In this document: in pieces, positions 1 through 10,679 of the stretch
How positions within the stretch are numbered: position 1 is the first letter of the stretch
Layout: every line of letters starts with the position of its first letter
DNA from: an uncultured virus (IMG/VR IMGVR_UViG_3300023196_001660)
Taxonomy: Duplodnaviria > Heunggongvirae > Uroviricota > Caudoviricetes > Crassvirales
Virus record (IMG/VR): IMGVR_UViG_3300023196_001660
DNA length: 64,000 bases
Strand: one strand, 5' to 3'
Program-made: the position numbers and the translations under genes
The notes under the pieces: generated by a model
Seen by the model: the letters and a program-made list of their open reading frames with translations, nothing else
Told to the model about the DNA's origin: nothing
The model's database searches: none

Positions 1-3000
1 AACCAAGTATCTACAGCTATTTTAGTAAGTACCTTTTTAGAATTTTGTTCTATATCAAGACCAGAAGGGTCTTCAAGTATAGTAACTCCTGCACCACTTA
101 TAGTAGCAAGTCCTGTTCCTATATTAGCAACCTCTAGTTTTGTGTTTAAAGGGAAAGGAGTAACTGCATTTGTTGGTATAGTTACTGCAACAGGAGAAGC
201 ATTATTTAAAGTTACAGTATCATAAATATCATCTAAATCTAATGTGATAGCAACTGATACATCATTTGTAACTCTACCTTCTGTATTAAGTATTCCTGTA
301 TTGTTTTTCCATTTAGAAACAGAACTATCTGCTGTTAGTGTACCTGTATAATTTTCAGTTACATCAATAGCTCCTGCTCTAGTACCTATAGCTCCATCTA
401 ATTGGAATAGTTCTCCAGAAGCAAAATTACCTGCAACAAAATTAGAAAGTTCAGCACCTACAGGAAGGTCAAAATTAATATCAGTTACAAATCTACCTGT
501 AAATGATAGTGTAGTACCTTCTTTAAATAATGTACCACCAGTTGTAAAAGTTCTAACAATAGTCAGAGAAGCTCTAAAACCACCAAGCCAAGTACCACTA
601 AAGGTAAGTCCATCATCACATCCAAATAAGCCTACATTATTCCATAGTCCTTGTCTGTAGCCATTAAATTCCCCTAGAGAATTAACATTCTCAAAATTAA
701 CTTCTGAAAACTCTACTGCATTAAATCCCGTAGCATCTGTCATATCAAAGACATTTGCAAGTTGATTTGAATGTATAGAAAGTTGCCCTAAAAATAAACC
801 ACCAGAGTTAAATGTGGTTGTATTATCTATAAAAATACTTTCAGCAACATCTTTATGAAGTTGAGAAGGGTCAAAACCGTATCCTTTTATAGTAAGTCCG
901 TTTTGAGGTACTTCTATATATTCTCCTGCAGTTAATATAATAGCACCATCAAGTATATAAGTAATAGTAGAACTTAATGCTCTATTAACTAAATCAGCTT
1001 TATCTCTAATAATTATTTCTAATGATTTTTCTTTAAAAGTAAAAGAATCTCTTGAAGAAGTTAATTCTTCTCCAAAGGATTGATTATTAGTTTTAACAGT
1101 TCCATTAATTTCAATATTGCCCGAAAGCATATTTGTAAACATATACGTAGAACTATCAGAAGAAGTCATAATATTAAATCCTTCAAATCTAATAAAACCA
1201 AGTGCAGTAGGAACTGTATTAGTTAAAAAATATGTAGTATAAGTAATTCTTGAATCTATTATAGTAACAGACCTTGAGAACATTCTTGCATTAGTATCAC
1301 TAACAAATATACCTGTAAAGCCTTCTAGTATTAAATCAGCAGCTTCATCAAGTCCTGTACTAAAAGTAATAGCATCTAAAATAGTTCCAGTTACTTTTGT
1401 TTGTGTAACATTAATTCCACTTAATACTCTTAATGATGCTGTACCACCTATTGATAAATCATCAGCAGTAAATACAGGTATAGATGTGTCATTAACTGCT
1501 TCAAAAAGAGTTAATTGATTTGTTCCATTTAGAATTTTTAATTTAAAAGACCTAAAAGCTTCAACATTAAATACAGATAAATCTCCAGATAGAGTTAAGG
1601 TATTTACTTCAACATCTAATTCTCCTGAAGTTCCAGTATATATTCTACCAAGTGTGGTATTAGTCCAAGTATCAAGTACTCTTAAAGTACCTTCTCCATT
1701 CATTAAAGCACCTACAGTTTGAGTATAATTTGTAATAAGATTATCTGTTTCAATTACATTAGCATTACTATCACCACTAAAAACATCTCTATCGGTTCCT
1801 ATAAGTCCAGTAATTTCAATAGTTTTTGCTTTAATATTAAGTTTATTACCTGCTAAAGCTTCAAATGCAGACTCTGTTATAGCAAGGTCAGAAAGTCTAT
1901 TTACAAGTAATCTTGCATTAGGTATATTAATATTTAAATCAAGGTCAGCTACAACAGGAGTTAGCCCTGTAAAATCAAATGTACCAAGAGAGTTACTTGA
2001 AAAAGAAGGAGATTTAACTTGAGGATAAGTTCCTCCAATAGTTCTAGTAACATTTCCATCTATATAATTCAAATCCCATTGAACACCATCAGCAGGTATT
2101 GCTGTAAAAGCAGCTGCTGTAGTTAAGAAAGGTCTATTTCTATTTTGTACTGCACCTGTTCCATCATTACCACTTATAGTATCTATGAAAATAGTATTAG
2201 GTACAAGTGGGTCAGTAACTCCTATATCATCAACAAATTCAGATAAGTTAGTTTCTACATCTTCAAATACTAAACCATCTTCTGCAATATTTCCAACAAT
2301 TCTTCTACCTGCTTGACCTGTATAAGTACTTGGTGTATCGGTAAGTTCTAAAAAAGTAGTAGCACCACTTCCTCCAGTAGGTGCTTGAATACCTACTTCA
2401 AGTTCTATATTATCAAAATTAACTTTAGGAGTATTAATCATTTCAAACCAAACTTCATCAATACCAAAATCAGGATAAAAGCTTAAATTATAACTATCTA
2501 ATGTAAGATTAAGTACTTGCCAATTATTAGTTTGATTAAAATTAAGTCCTGCATTTTGTAATGTAAATCCAATTGCATGCAGTGTTGAGGTAATTCCTAA
2601 AGTATTATCTCTTAATGTTATTTTCCAAACAGTTGCAGTACCACTCGGACCTTGTGTTCCACCGTTTATAAATTTAGTATCTAATTTAACTGCCCAATTA
2701 AGAAATCCTTGTGGGTCATAAGGAATAGGTACATCATTTTGAAATTTAAGTATTCCACTAGGAGACCCAGCAGGTATTAAAACAGATTTAGTTCCTGCAT
2801 AAGCAATAGTTGTATCTGCAACATCTACACCTACAGGAGTACTAATAACAGTCCATTCATTAGGTTCTCCATCATTTTCAAGATATATCGGGTCTATAAC
2901 TATAGTAGGTCCGGGATTAGGTCCTGCTAAAGAAGTTACACGAACAGTACCAATAAGTACTTGAATAGCTAAGTCTAATTGGTCAACAGGTATTAAAGGA

Positions 3001-4532
3001 TTTGCCGCAGCAGTTCCTTCGTAAAATCCAACAGTTGGAGCATCTACTCCATTATTCTCTATATAAAAAACAACAAATCTATCTAATGTAGCATGAGCTG
3101 TAGATATAGTTACATCACCTCTCACCTCTCCCGGAAAGTTAAGGTCAGGATATGTAACATTAGCAATTCTATATAAACTACTCCAAATTTGAAACTCATA
3201 AATACTTACAGCAGTTAATGGAATAACCCCACCAACAAGATTTTCATTAGCTGAGAATAAATCTGAAAATAAAGGTGTTCTAGTTAATACAAGTCCATTT
3301 TCAGTAATATTTACAAGAGGAGAATAAGTATGTTTCCCTGTATAGTCTAAGTCATCGGTGTCTGTAAGTTCTAAATAACTTCCTTCAATAGTAGGGTTTT
3401 CAGCACCATAAATAAGAAATATATTATCTATTAAACATCCAGTAAAAGTAGCTCCAATCTTAGGTAAGAAAGTAAACTTAATAGAATTAAATTGAGTAGC
3501 AGTAAAACCTATATCTGAAGAAAGTAGATTAATAAGTTGATAACTTGTAGTGTTATTTAAATCAAAAGTCGTATGGTCATTAAGTTCTGTAAGAGGGTTA
3601 GAAACTAAAGCACCGTTATAATAAAAAGTAATATACATTTTATAACTAGCACCTACTATATTTTGTACATTAAGGGCTAAGGAAGAAAGATTACTAACAA
3701 GTTTTGTATCTGTATATGTAAAAGTAATTTCATCATCTAATTCTCCAAGAGTAACAGCAATATGTGTAATACTGTTTTGTGGGTTAGATATTGCAGCTAA
3801 ATCTATCCTAGCAGTTGCTGTATTTTCAGTTGCATCAGCTTCTGTAGGTTGTCCAGCATTTTCATCATATACTAAAATACTACTATAATTATCAGGAACT
3901 GTAGCATTAGCTAAAATATCTACAGCAGAAACTCTAATTTGGTTTTCAAAATTAACAGTAGGTTCAACAGGATTAACAGCAGGAGTTCCTGGAATAACAA
4001 CTAATGTAGGTGTAGCAGGGACACTAATATCAACAGCAAATACATCTGTTCTAGGATTAGTAACATCACCAACAGGTAAAGTCTTATCTGTAATAGGAAC
4101 AGAGTATTCTATTCCATCAAATAAGAAAGTTATTACAGTAGACCTAAAATCTAAATTTTGTAACCATACAACAGTACCAGAAAGAATACGAGTATCACCA
4201 CCACCTATATCATCAAATGTTACAAAATTTTCTTTATACTCAAAGAAATTAAAACTTCTATTACTATAATCAATACCATCTGCAATAGTATTAGCAGGAT
4301 AAGTAAAATGACTAGCTATAGTTCCTTGTTCAATTAAGTCTATAGGCTCTCTCCATATATATTCTTTCTCTGTTTCTGCACAATATGTTGTCATACCTTC
4401 ATAATAAATAAAAGCATTTACATCAGCTATACCTAAATCTATTAACTCAGCTAGAGTTTTAAAATGTTTTTTAGGATTTAGTGCAAACTGTCCTACAATA
4501 CGTAAACCAGTTAATATATCATTATAAGGCAT
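1..4532 (-). CDS. Large modular tail fibre/tailspike (>1510 aa, runs off the window start; absent from the ORF track)
   Basis: ATG at 4532 (MPYNDILTGLRIVGQF...), 3 nt past the stop of the upstream gene; frame read by hand without finding a stop down to ...LDIEQNSKKVLTKIAVDTW at the window edge; two LELTDT linker motifs; beta-helix cap motif TIFIDTISGNDGTG..NRPFLTTAAA; C-terminal VTIPTNAVTPFPLNTKLEV module typical of fibres. Confidence 0.85.
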   Translation of the reverse strand, partial: MPYNDILTGLRIVGQFALNPKKHFKTLAELIDLGIADVNAFIYYEGMTTYCAETEKEYIWREPIDLIEQGTIASHFTYPANTIADGIDYSNRSFNFFEYKENFVTFDDIGGGDTRILSGTVVWLQNLDFRSTVITFLFDGIEYSVPITDKTLPVGDVTNPRTDVFAVDISVPATPTLVVIPGTPAVNPVEPTVNFENQIRVSAVDILANATVPDNYSSILVYDENAGQPTEADATENTATARIDLAAISNPQNSITHIAVTLGELDDEITFTYTDTKLVSNLSSLALNVQNIVGASYKMYITFYYNGALVSNPLTELNDHTTFDLNNTTSYQLINLLSSDIGFTATQFNSIKFTFLPKIGATFTGCLIDNIFLIYGAENPTIEGSYLELTDTDDLDYTGKHTYSPLVNITENGLVLTRTPLFSDLFSANENLVGGVIPLTAVSIYEFQIWSSLYRIANVTYPDLNFPGEVRGDVTISTAHATLDRFVVFYIENNGVDAPTVGFYEGTAAANPLIPVDQLDLAIQVLIGTVRVTSLAGPNPGPTIVIDPIYLENDGEPNEWTVISTPVGVDVADTTIAYAGTKSVLIPAGSPSGILKFQNDVPIPYDPQGFLNWAVKLDTKFINGGTQGPSGTATVWKITLRDNTLGITSTLHAIGFTLQNAGLNFNQTNNWQVLNLTLDSYNLSFYPDFGIDEVWFEMINTPKVNFDNIELEVGIQAPTGGSGATTFLELTDTPSTYTGQAGRRIVGNIAEDGLVFEDVETNLSEFVDDIGVTDPLVPNTIFIDTISGNDGTGAVQNRNRPFLTTAAAFTAIPADGVQWDLNYIDGNVTRTIGGTYPQVKSPSFSSNSLGTFDFTGLTPVVADLDLNINIPNARLLVNRLSDLAITESAFEALAGNKLNIKAKTIEITGLIGTDRDVFSGDSNANVIETDNLITNYTQTVGALMNGEGTLRVLDTWTNTTLGRIYTGTSGELDVEVNTLTLSGDLSVFNVEAFRSFKLKILNGTNQLTLFEAVNDTSIPVFTADDLSIGGTASLRVLSGINVTQTKVTGTILDAITFSTGLDEAADLILEGFTGIFVSDTNARMFSRSVTIIDSRITYTTYFLTNTVPTALGFIRFEGFNIMTSSDSSTYMFTNMLSGNIEINGTVKTNNQSFGEELTSSRDSFTFKEKSLEIIIRDKADLVNRALSSTITYILDGAIILTAGEYIEVPQNGLTIKGYGFDPSQLHKDVAESIFIDNTTTFNSGGLFLGQLSIHSNQLANVFDMTDATGFNAVEFSEVNFENVNSLGEFNGYRQGLWNNVGLFGCDDGLTFSGTWLGGFRASLTIVRTFTTGGTLFKEGTTLSFTGRFVTDINFDLPVGAELSNFVAGNFASGELFQLDGAIGTRAGAIDVTENYTGTLTADSSVSKWKNNTGILNTEGRVTNDVSVAITLDLDDIYDTVTLNNASPVAVTIPTNAVTPFPLNTKLEVANIGTGLATISGAGVTILEDPSGLDIEQNSKKVLTKIAVDTW

Positions 4533-4534
4533 AA

Positions 4535-5605
4535 TTAGTTTTTAAGGAATTTGAAATATACGTCACTAGGAATATAAAACTCTTTTGAAACATAATATTC
4601 AGTAAGAGTTGCCGTATCATATACTCTATCAAATACAGTTGTAGTTATATCGTTATTTAAAATATCATAAATAGAGTATTTATTAGGAGTAGTATTTGTA
4701 AGTACAAATCCTAATCTTGCAGTTCTAACAAAAGTAAATGTAGAACCAGCTAATAAAGTAGCTTCATCTGTTTCTTCTGCATTAATATCTAAATATGCAG
4801 GAGTAAGTAAGGCTATATCATTTATATCATAAGCTATATTATCATATTGGAAAACATGATAAGCAGTAAGTGTTGGGTCAACACTAAATAAAGATTTAAG
4901 AACATCTATGTCTATACACGTACTACATAGACAAGCTACAATAGTATCATAACAGAACTTAGTTTTAATAAATGCTAATTGGTCAGCATCACCAGTAGCT
5001 AAATTTTCTTCTATAAAATACATTCCTGCCCAATATAGAGCAACATATAATCTAAAGATTTTTTCAACATCTTTAACAGAACCTGTTACGCATTCTTCAG
5101 TTAAGATAGCATTAATAGTAGTTTGAAGTTTACAGTTATAAGTTTTTGCCCCATTTTCTAAAAATTCAGCAAAAATAAGACTGTAATTAACACCATAAGT
5201 AGGAATGTATAATGCTTGAAAAGTATGTAGTTTTACAAATATTGATTTATGTGTTAAACATTGTTTGCCAGCTTTTTTAAGACAATCAGCTACAAACTTA
5301 TCTTTGCAATCTCCGTTTTCAAGAACACAAAGAATGTTTAAAGTTTCTTTTATAATAGAATCTTGAAGATATTTAATAACATCAAATTCTATTTCTACAT
5401 TAGTTTCAGCAGGAACAATTAGTATAAGTCTATATTGTCCATCTTTTGTAGTACCTAATGTAACAGGAGTATTAACTGCTAAGGCAGCAGTGCTAATAAG
5501 TGTATTTGCTTTATCACTTATGTAATATAATTCGTATGTTGTAATTTGAGGAACACTAATTACATGAGTATCTAGTGTTTTAGTAAAGGTATATAGTATC
5601 GCCAT
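4535..5605 (-). CDS. Putative virion/tail-associated protein, Cys-rich middle
   Basis: 356-aa ORF between the capsid cluster and the tailspike; no recognisable catalytic motif. Confidence 0.5.
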   Translation of the reverse strand: MAILYTFTKTLDTHVISVPQITTYELYYISDKANTLISTAALAVNTPVTLGTTKDGQYRLILIVPAETNVEIEFDVIKYLQDSIIKETLNILCVLENGDCKDKFVADCLKKAGKQCLTHKSIFVKLHTFQALYIPTYGVNYSLIFAEFLENGAKTYNCKLQTTINAILTEECVTGSVKDVEKIFRLYVALYWAGMYFIEENLATGDADQLAFIKTKFCYDTIVACLCSTCIDIDVLKSLFSVDPTLTAYHVFQYDNIAYDINDIALLTPAYLDINAEETDEATLLAGSTFTFVRTARLGFVLTNTTPNKYSIYDILNNDITTTVFDRVYDTATLTEYYVSKEFYIPSDVYFKFLKN

Positions 5606-5616
5606 GTTTCTAATTT

Positions 5617-5652
5617 AAAAAGTCCTTACCAATAATATTAGTAAGGACTTTT
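5617..5652 (-). terminator. Intrinsic terminator
   Basis: aaaaagtccttac...gtaaggactttt inverted repeat with A/T tails, downstream of 5691-6974. Confidence 0.8.
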
Positions 5653-5690
5653 ATTAACAAACTTATTTATTTATGTATGTCCCTAGAAGC

Positions 5691-6974
5691 TTAATTACCT
5701 GGCACACCATCATAATCTGTACCATCATCGGTAGCAGTTTCGTATCCAGTTGTTGCAGCAAATACATTACCAAATATTAAAGCCATTATAGCTAATACGT
5801 CAGTAGCAGATTGACCACTACCTGCGGCATTTACACAAGCAATAACTGCTCTATTATGCATTACACTTTTAGCCTGACTTGGTGTATTATGAATACCTCC
5901 CCAAGTAGTAGTAATTAAGTCATAATTACTTGCAGCAAGAGCTTCCATACTTCTACCATACCATTCAGCAGTATAATCTATATAATTTCCATTACCTTCT
6001 TCTACACTAAAATCTTTCTCCATTTGAAGGACATCAGCACCACCACCAATTCCATAAACAGGAGTAGTAGTTGTAGCAATAACATCACCAGCAATTAAGC
6101 CATCTAATGCAACTTCTAAAGAAACTCCATCTTCATTAGGAGTAATAGCTACAGTAAATGTTCCTGCACTATCTACACCTTGTACAGTAGTAACAAGAGT
6201 TGCAGCAGAAGTTGTAGCAGTACCTGCAGCATAATTAGCAATATCTGTTCTAGTTCCTACTAAAGCAGCAACTACAGTAACTGTATCAACAGTATCATCA
6301 GTCGCAGTCCAATCTGGTAAAGCATTAATAGCTGAAGTAATTTCAGCAGTATTTACAGCAATAGTGTCATTAGTTAAAGGTAAATTAACAGTAACACCAT
6401 TTAAATCAACTGTAGCCGTACCATCAGATGTACAAGCAGCAGTAACTTGAATTGTGGCTTCTTCTTGGACACCTACTAAATCAGTTTTAGTAGCTGTTAC
6501 CCAACTTCCAGCAACATTAAGTTTTGCAACCATACTATCAACAGCTTGTTCGATAGTTTGATTAGCTTTTTTATACGTAGACCCGTTAACAAGTCTAGTA
6601 TTATATTTTGAAGTATACGAAATATCAGATACTCTAATAGAAGCATCTCCTTCATCAGCAGCAATAATGCTGAAAGGTCCTACAGTAACTACAGGTCTAG
6701 TAAAAGCTCTATAATTAGCAAGATTAATATCCTTAACTACTCTAGGAACTTGATTAACAAGTTGACCTGCTTCAGCTCGTCCTGAAGCTACAGCAATATC
6801 CTTAATATCAGGAATAGTAGCAGCTGCATTAGCTAGTGTTAATAATGTTCCTTGGGGTGTAAAGAAAGCTAATGCACCTGGAGATAGAAGATTAACTTCG
6901 TTAGCTCCTGCAATCACTCCTCCACCTACTTTTGCAGCATAAGCTACATCTTTTAGTACAAAAATTCTGTTCAT
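5691..6974 (-). CDS. Structural protein, probable auxiliary capsid/decoration protein of the crAss capsid module
   Basis: 427 aa, Ala/Thr/Val-rich; third gene after MCP, followed by a terminator; synteny with the crAss capsid cluster. Confidence 0.55.
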   Translation of the reverse strand: MNRIFVLKDVAYAAKVGGGVIAGANEVNLLSPGALAFFTPQGTLLTLANAAATIPDIKDIAVASGRAEAGQLVNQVPRVVKDINLANYRAFTRPVVTVGPFSIIAADEGDASIRVSDISYTSKYNTRLVNGSTYKKANQTIEQAVDSMVAKLNVAGSWVTATKTDLVGVQEEATIQVTAACTSDGTATVDLNGVTVNLPLTNDTIAVNTAEITSAINALPDWTATDDTVDTVTVVAALVGTRTDIANYAAGTATTSAATLVTTVQGVDSAGTFTVAITPNEDGVSLEVALDGLIAGDVIATTTTPVYGIGGGADVLQMEKDFSVEEGNGNYIDYTAEWYGRSMEALAASNYDLITTTWGGIHNTPSQAKSVMHNRAVIACVNAAGSGQSATDVLAIMALIFGNVFAATTGYETATDDGTDYDGVPGN

Positions 6975-7007
6975 AATTTTTAATTTATATTTATTATTAT
7001 TTAAAGG

Positions 7008-8075
7008 TTATTCAGTTAAAATAGTTTCTTGAGAATATGTTTGATAATCTTTACTTTCTATTATTCCTTTAAGAACTTTAACAGTATTACTAACAATTTC
7101 TTTAGCAACTTTTTCACTTACATTAAGATTACTATTTAAAAGTAAGTCTATAATATTAGGTTTACAAATATATATAATATCGACACTTCCAAATATAGCA
7201 CTTGAAACATCCGACAACTCTAATACATTCTCTCTAACAACAGAAACAGGAGAATAAGCACGACTATTAGATAAAGATGAGTTTTCTATATCAGTTAAGT
7301 ATTCGTCGTCTACAACTCTTGTTTTAGCTTTTAATGGAGTGTCTATAATAGCATAGACAGTATTATTATAATTACTTGAAGCATTAACTACAGCAGGATC
7401 TGCATTAACTGTTACATTAATACTTGTAAATTGTGTGTCAGATAGAACAGTAAAAGATAACGCATCATAATCATAACCTCTTTTCTCCCAGTATAGTTCA
7501 GTATTGGGAGATAGTATTGTTTTAAGTTTTTCAGGTAGTAGTATCTTAAGAGCTTTAATAAGTAAAAACTCTTGTTTATCAAATTCAGCATTACCAAGAT
7601 ACCCAGCAGGTAAATCAGTTAATTCAAAAGCAATAGTTGTCCCACCACTAGTAACTACTTCTATTTTATATATAGTTAAAGTAGCAGGTAATGTTACTTT
7701 AAATGTTCCCTTATACTCCAAAGGAGAAGTAGGAAGAGCAGTAATAGGTGGACAATTTTTAATTGAATAAGCATCAAATCTAATATATGTAAAATAGTTA
7801 GAGGGAAAAGTTACAAAACTCTTCCCTCTACTATTAACTTCAATAGGTCTATTGACCACTCTAACCAAATCTTTAATATCTTCTACTCTTTTTGCAACGT
7901 CCTCAAATCCTAATTGTTTAATATCAGAAGTAGGATTAACTTTCTTTTGAAGATACTTAATAACTTCTTTATTTAAGAACCAATCTTTTTCTTGAGTTAG
8001 TATGTTTTTAGTACTTTGAGAATTGAGTTTCTGAAGTTCTAAATCCATTTCAATATGCATTTCTTGAGTAGTCAT
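7008..8075 (-). CDS. Conserved crAss-like structural protein (probable tail ring/head-tail protein)
   Basis: MTTQEMHIEMDLELQK...EKDWFLNK N-terminus and YICKP C-terminal motif resembling ring/adaptor proteins; position two genes after MCP. Confidence 0.6.
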   Translation of the reverse strand: MTTQEMHIEMDLELQKLNSQSTKNILTQEKDWFLNKEVIKYLQKKVNPTSDIKQLGFEDVAKRVEDIKDLVRVVNRPIEVNSRGKSFVTFPSNYFTYIRFDAYSIKNCPPITALPTSPLEYKGTFKVTLPATLTIYKIEVVTSGGTTIAFELTDLPAGYLGNAEFDKQEFLLIKALKILLPEKLKTILSPNTELYWEKRGYDYDALSFTVLSDTQFTSINVTVNADPAVVNASSNYNNTVYAIIDTPLKAKTRVVDDEYLTDIENSSLSNSRAYSPVSVVRENVLELSDVSSAIFGSVDIIYICKPNIIDLLLNSNLNVSEKVAKEIVSNTVKVLKGIIESKDYQTYSQETILTE

Positions 8076-8081
8076 GATAAT

Positions 8082-9053
8082 TTATATTTGTTTAAGTCGT
8101 GCCTTAACAGCAGTAATTATTTCTTGATTCTTTTTTGTATCAGATTTCCAATATAATACAGCATCAGTTAACGTAGTTCCTAAAGTTACTTCATTATTTT
8201 CTCCATAATAGTAACTATCGGTATTAGCAGGATTATGTATTATATGTGCATCTACAGCTTGTTTTATAGTAGCTTTAATTGCAAGATTTCCATCTTCCAT
8301 ATAGTTAATAAAATCAGCAGGTCTAGTTTTAAGTAGAGCTTCTAATCCTAGATGTTTATCTTGCATAGTATCATAAGCAGTTAAATCCTGTCCAAACATT
8401 AGTAAGACAGCATTTATCATATCAGGTTTCATAAGAATTTGAGTAAATAGTTCATTAGCTTTAACACGTAGTTTAAATGCTTGATGTTCTACTCTAGTTT
8501 CCGTTTCTTTACTATATAAGTAAAATAGTATTTTAGCAGATTTATTTATATCTTCATAACGATTAGCAACTTTACTATATACTAAACAATATCTCCATAA
8601 TATAAAATCTTCAACACCGTCTAGTATTAAACCTTTTTTACCTAGTTCAGCTTTCTCAGTTAAAGAAAGCACTTTTTCAAAATTTTCTTTATCAGCTTTT
8701 GTTTTAAATCCAATAGTAAATTTTAAAGGTTTTCCTTGAAGTTTACCGATACTAACTCCATCAGCAGGAATGCCAACAGATATGTTATTCCAATAAGCAA
8801 TAACAGCTCTACGCCATTCATTATCTCTAGGAGAAATACCTATAATGTCTGGAAGATACTCAGCTTCTTCATCATAAGCTAAACCTCTTAATGGACCATT
8901 ACCTTTAAGAGAAGAGCCTACTTTTAAATTATGAAGAGTTGGATCATCTCCCGGAAGTCCTTTAATACTTTTTCGTCTAATTGATAATTCAACTACACTT
9001 CTATACTTATATTCACTTTGTGTTTTAAATTGTGTTTCCATTTGTGTTTCCAT
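8082..9053 (-). CDS. Conserved crAss-like capsid-module protein immediately after MCP
   Basis: 323-aa ORF; synteny. Confidence 0.55.
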   Translation of the reverse strand: METQMETQFKTQSEYKYRSVVELSIRRKSIKGLPGDDPTLHNLKVGSSLKGNGPLRGLAYDEEAEYLPDIIGISPRDNEWRRAVIAYWNNISVGIPADGVSIGKLQGKPLKFTIGFKTKADKENFEKVLSLTEKAELGKKGLILDGVEDFILWRYCLVYSKVANRYEDINKSAKILFYLYSKETETRVEHQAFKLRVKANELFTQILMKPDMINAVLLMFGQDLTAYDTMQDKHLGLEALLKTRPADFINYMEDGNLAIKATIKQAVDAHIIHNPANTDSYYYGENNEVTLGTTLTDAVLYWKSDTKKNQEIITAVKARLKQI

Positions 9054-9073
9054 TTTATTTTTATTGTTTAGAT

Positions 9074-9104
9074 AAAAAAGGGCAAAGTGTTATTTGCCCT
9101 TTTT
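9074..9104 (-). terminator. Intrinsic terminator after the major capsid gene
   Basis: aaaaaagggcaaa-gtgtta-tttgcccttttt hairpin. Confidence 0.85.
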
Positions 9105-9142
9105 AGATACATTATAAATTTAATTTATTGTTTAATTATGTT

Positions 9143-10648
9143 CTAAGATAAGTCACACGTTAACTTAAAGCAATGAGTATTTCTACGAATAGAAACACCT
9201 AAAGTTTTAAGGAAGTGAACAGAACTTTTATCTTGGTCAGTAGCTAACATTAAGTTCTTAGCGTTACCACTATAATCACCATAATTGTTACCTTTGATTA
9301 AAGTCATACCTTGTTCGATACCTCTAATCATTGTACGACCTTTTTGTGTAACCATTTGTACATTACGTTCTCCGTCATAAGTACTCATATCTACAAAGTA
9401 CATTTCGTAAGAACTTAATGGAAGCCCACTAATAGGATGTTTCGGAGAGTTATCTGCTCTACCACCAAAATCTAATAAGTTAAGTAACTTAATAGTAATA
9501 GTATGTCCATCTACGTGCTTATAAGTTGTAAAATACGCTCCATAAGATAAGCTTCTAGAACCAGATTCTCCTGTTACATTTTTATCTTGAGTAACAGACC
9601 AACCACCTGACCCAACAACGTCACGCTTAATAGATGCATCAAATTCTCTAGCACCACCTATACCAGTAAATAGAATTACTTCCATATTACCTGTATCAGT
9701 TCCACCATACATTACATCACCAATAGTGTTATGTAGTTTTTGTACAGTTAAGATACCATAAGTGTCTTGATTAGGAATTTGGTCATTTACACCTCCACCA
9801 ATAGGAATAGGGAAACCAGTTTCAGGGTCAATAGTTGTAATATTCCCTTGAGCATCTCTATTATATTTACTCCACCATAGATGCTCTTCACAAGCTTCTT
9901 TAAATTCCATTTCATGTTGATACTCTTCAAAAGGCATCCAATAAGAAGTAGGTTTACCACCTAAATTAAATTGGAACTCAACAGTTCTGTTAGCAACATT
10001 ACCACCTAGTTCATAAGATTTTCTAATAATAGAAATTTGATTCTTTAATTTACCAGGAGCTTGTTTGTTACTTTCATTACCACTTGAGTAAGCTTCTGAA
10101 ACAGGAGCACCACCTACCATAGCCCAACGAGTATTAGGAGTTATCTCAGCAATAGGACAAGATTCTGTTCTATCTCTGTAAATGATTACTAAGGTATATT
10201 CAAAACCATTTGAAACAGGAATTGGCTTACCTTGGATACGTGCTTGTGTGCCATTTGGAGAATGAATTAAATGTTGTTGTTTAAGCCATTCAGTTTTGAA
10301 CACTAATTTAAAAGTAGTTCCTCCTATACCCGGAGTATCAGTTGAAGCATATTCATGTGATACAATAGTATCAGATTTCTTCATTCTTGTCATAACAGGC
10401 CAGTTATATTCTACATCTTGTATAGAATTTTGTCTAAGACCTCCTCTTTGTCCTTCAGTTAAAAAAGTCAAAGGAAATTTCTTATTCTCTTGACCCATTA
10501 AATGAGTTATTACAGGATTTAAGGTATCAGCTTTAGTAAGTCGCATTGCTGCTAACGAACTATTAGTTGTAAAACCTTTTCCATCAAATTGTTCATGTAT
10601 TAAAATGCGACTTGCATTTTGATTTACTAACGTTTGTTCTTGTGGCAT
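9143..10648 (-). CDS. Major capsid protein (crAss-like HK97 fold)
   Basis: 501 aa; KNQISIIRKSY, EEHLWWSKYN, IPIGGGV, LFTGIGG and TYKHVDGH motifs; order terminase-portal-X-MCP. Confidence 0.88.
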   Translation of the reverse strand: MPQEQTLVNQNASRILIHEQFDGKGFTTNSSLAAMRLTKADTLNPVITHLMGQENKKFPLTFLTEGQRGGLRQNSIQDVEYNWPVMTRMKKSDTIVSHEYASTDTPGIGGTTFKLVFKTEWLKQQHLIHSPNGTQARIQGKPIPVSNGFEYTLVIIYRDRTESCPIAEITPNTRWAMVGGAPVSEAYSSGNESNKQAPGKLKNQISIIRKSYELGGNVANRTVEFQFNLGGKPTSYWMPFEEYQHEMEFKEACEEHLWWSKYNRDAQGNITTIDPETGFPIPIGGGVNDQIPNQDTYGILTVQKLHNTIGDVMYGGTDTGNMEVILFTGIGGAREFDASIKRDVVGSGGWSVTQDKNVTGESGSRSLSYGAYFTTYKHVDGHTITIKLLNLLDFGGRADNSPKHPISGLPLSSYEMYFVDMSTYDGERNVQMVTQKGRTMIRGIEQGMTLIKGNNYGDYSGNAKNLMLATDQDKSSVHFLKTLGVSIRRNTHCFKLTCDLS

Positions 10649-10679
10649 TTTTTAAATATTTTTTAAAATTAATAATTGT

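Noticed and set aside
1..4532. Diversity-generating retroelement target in the tailspike
   Set aside because: No reverse transcriptase or near-identical template repeat in the window; cannot be excluded outside it.
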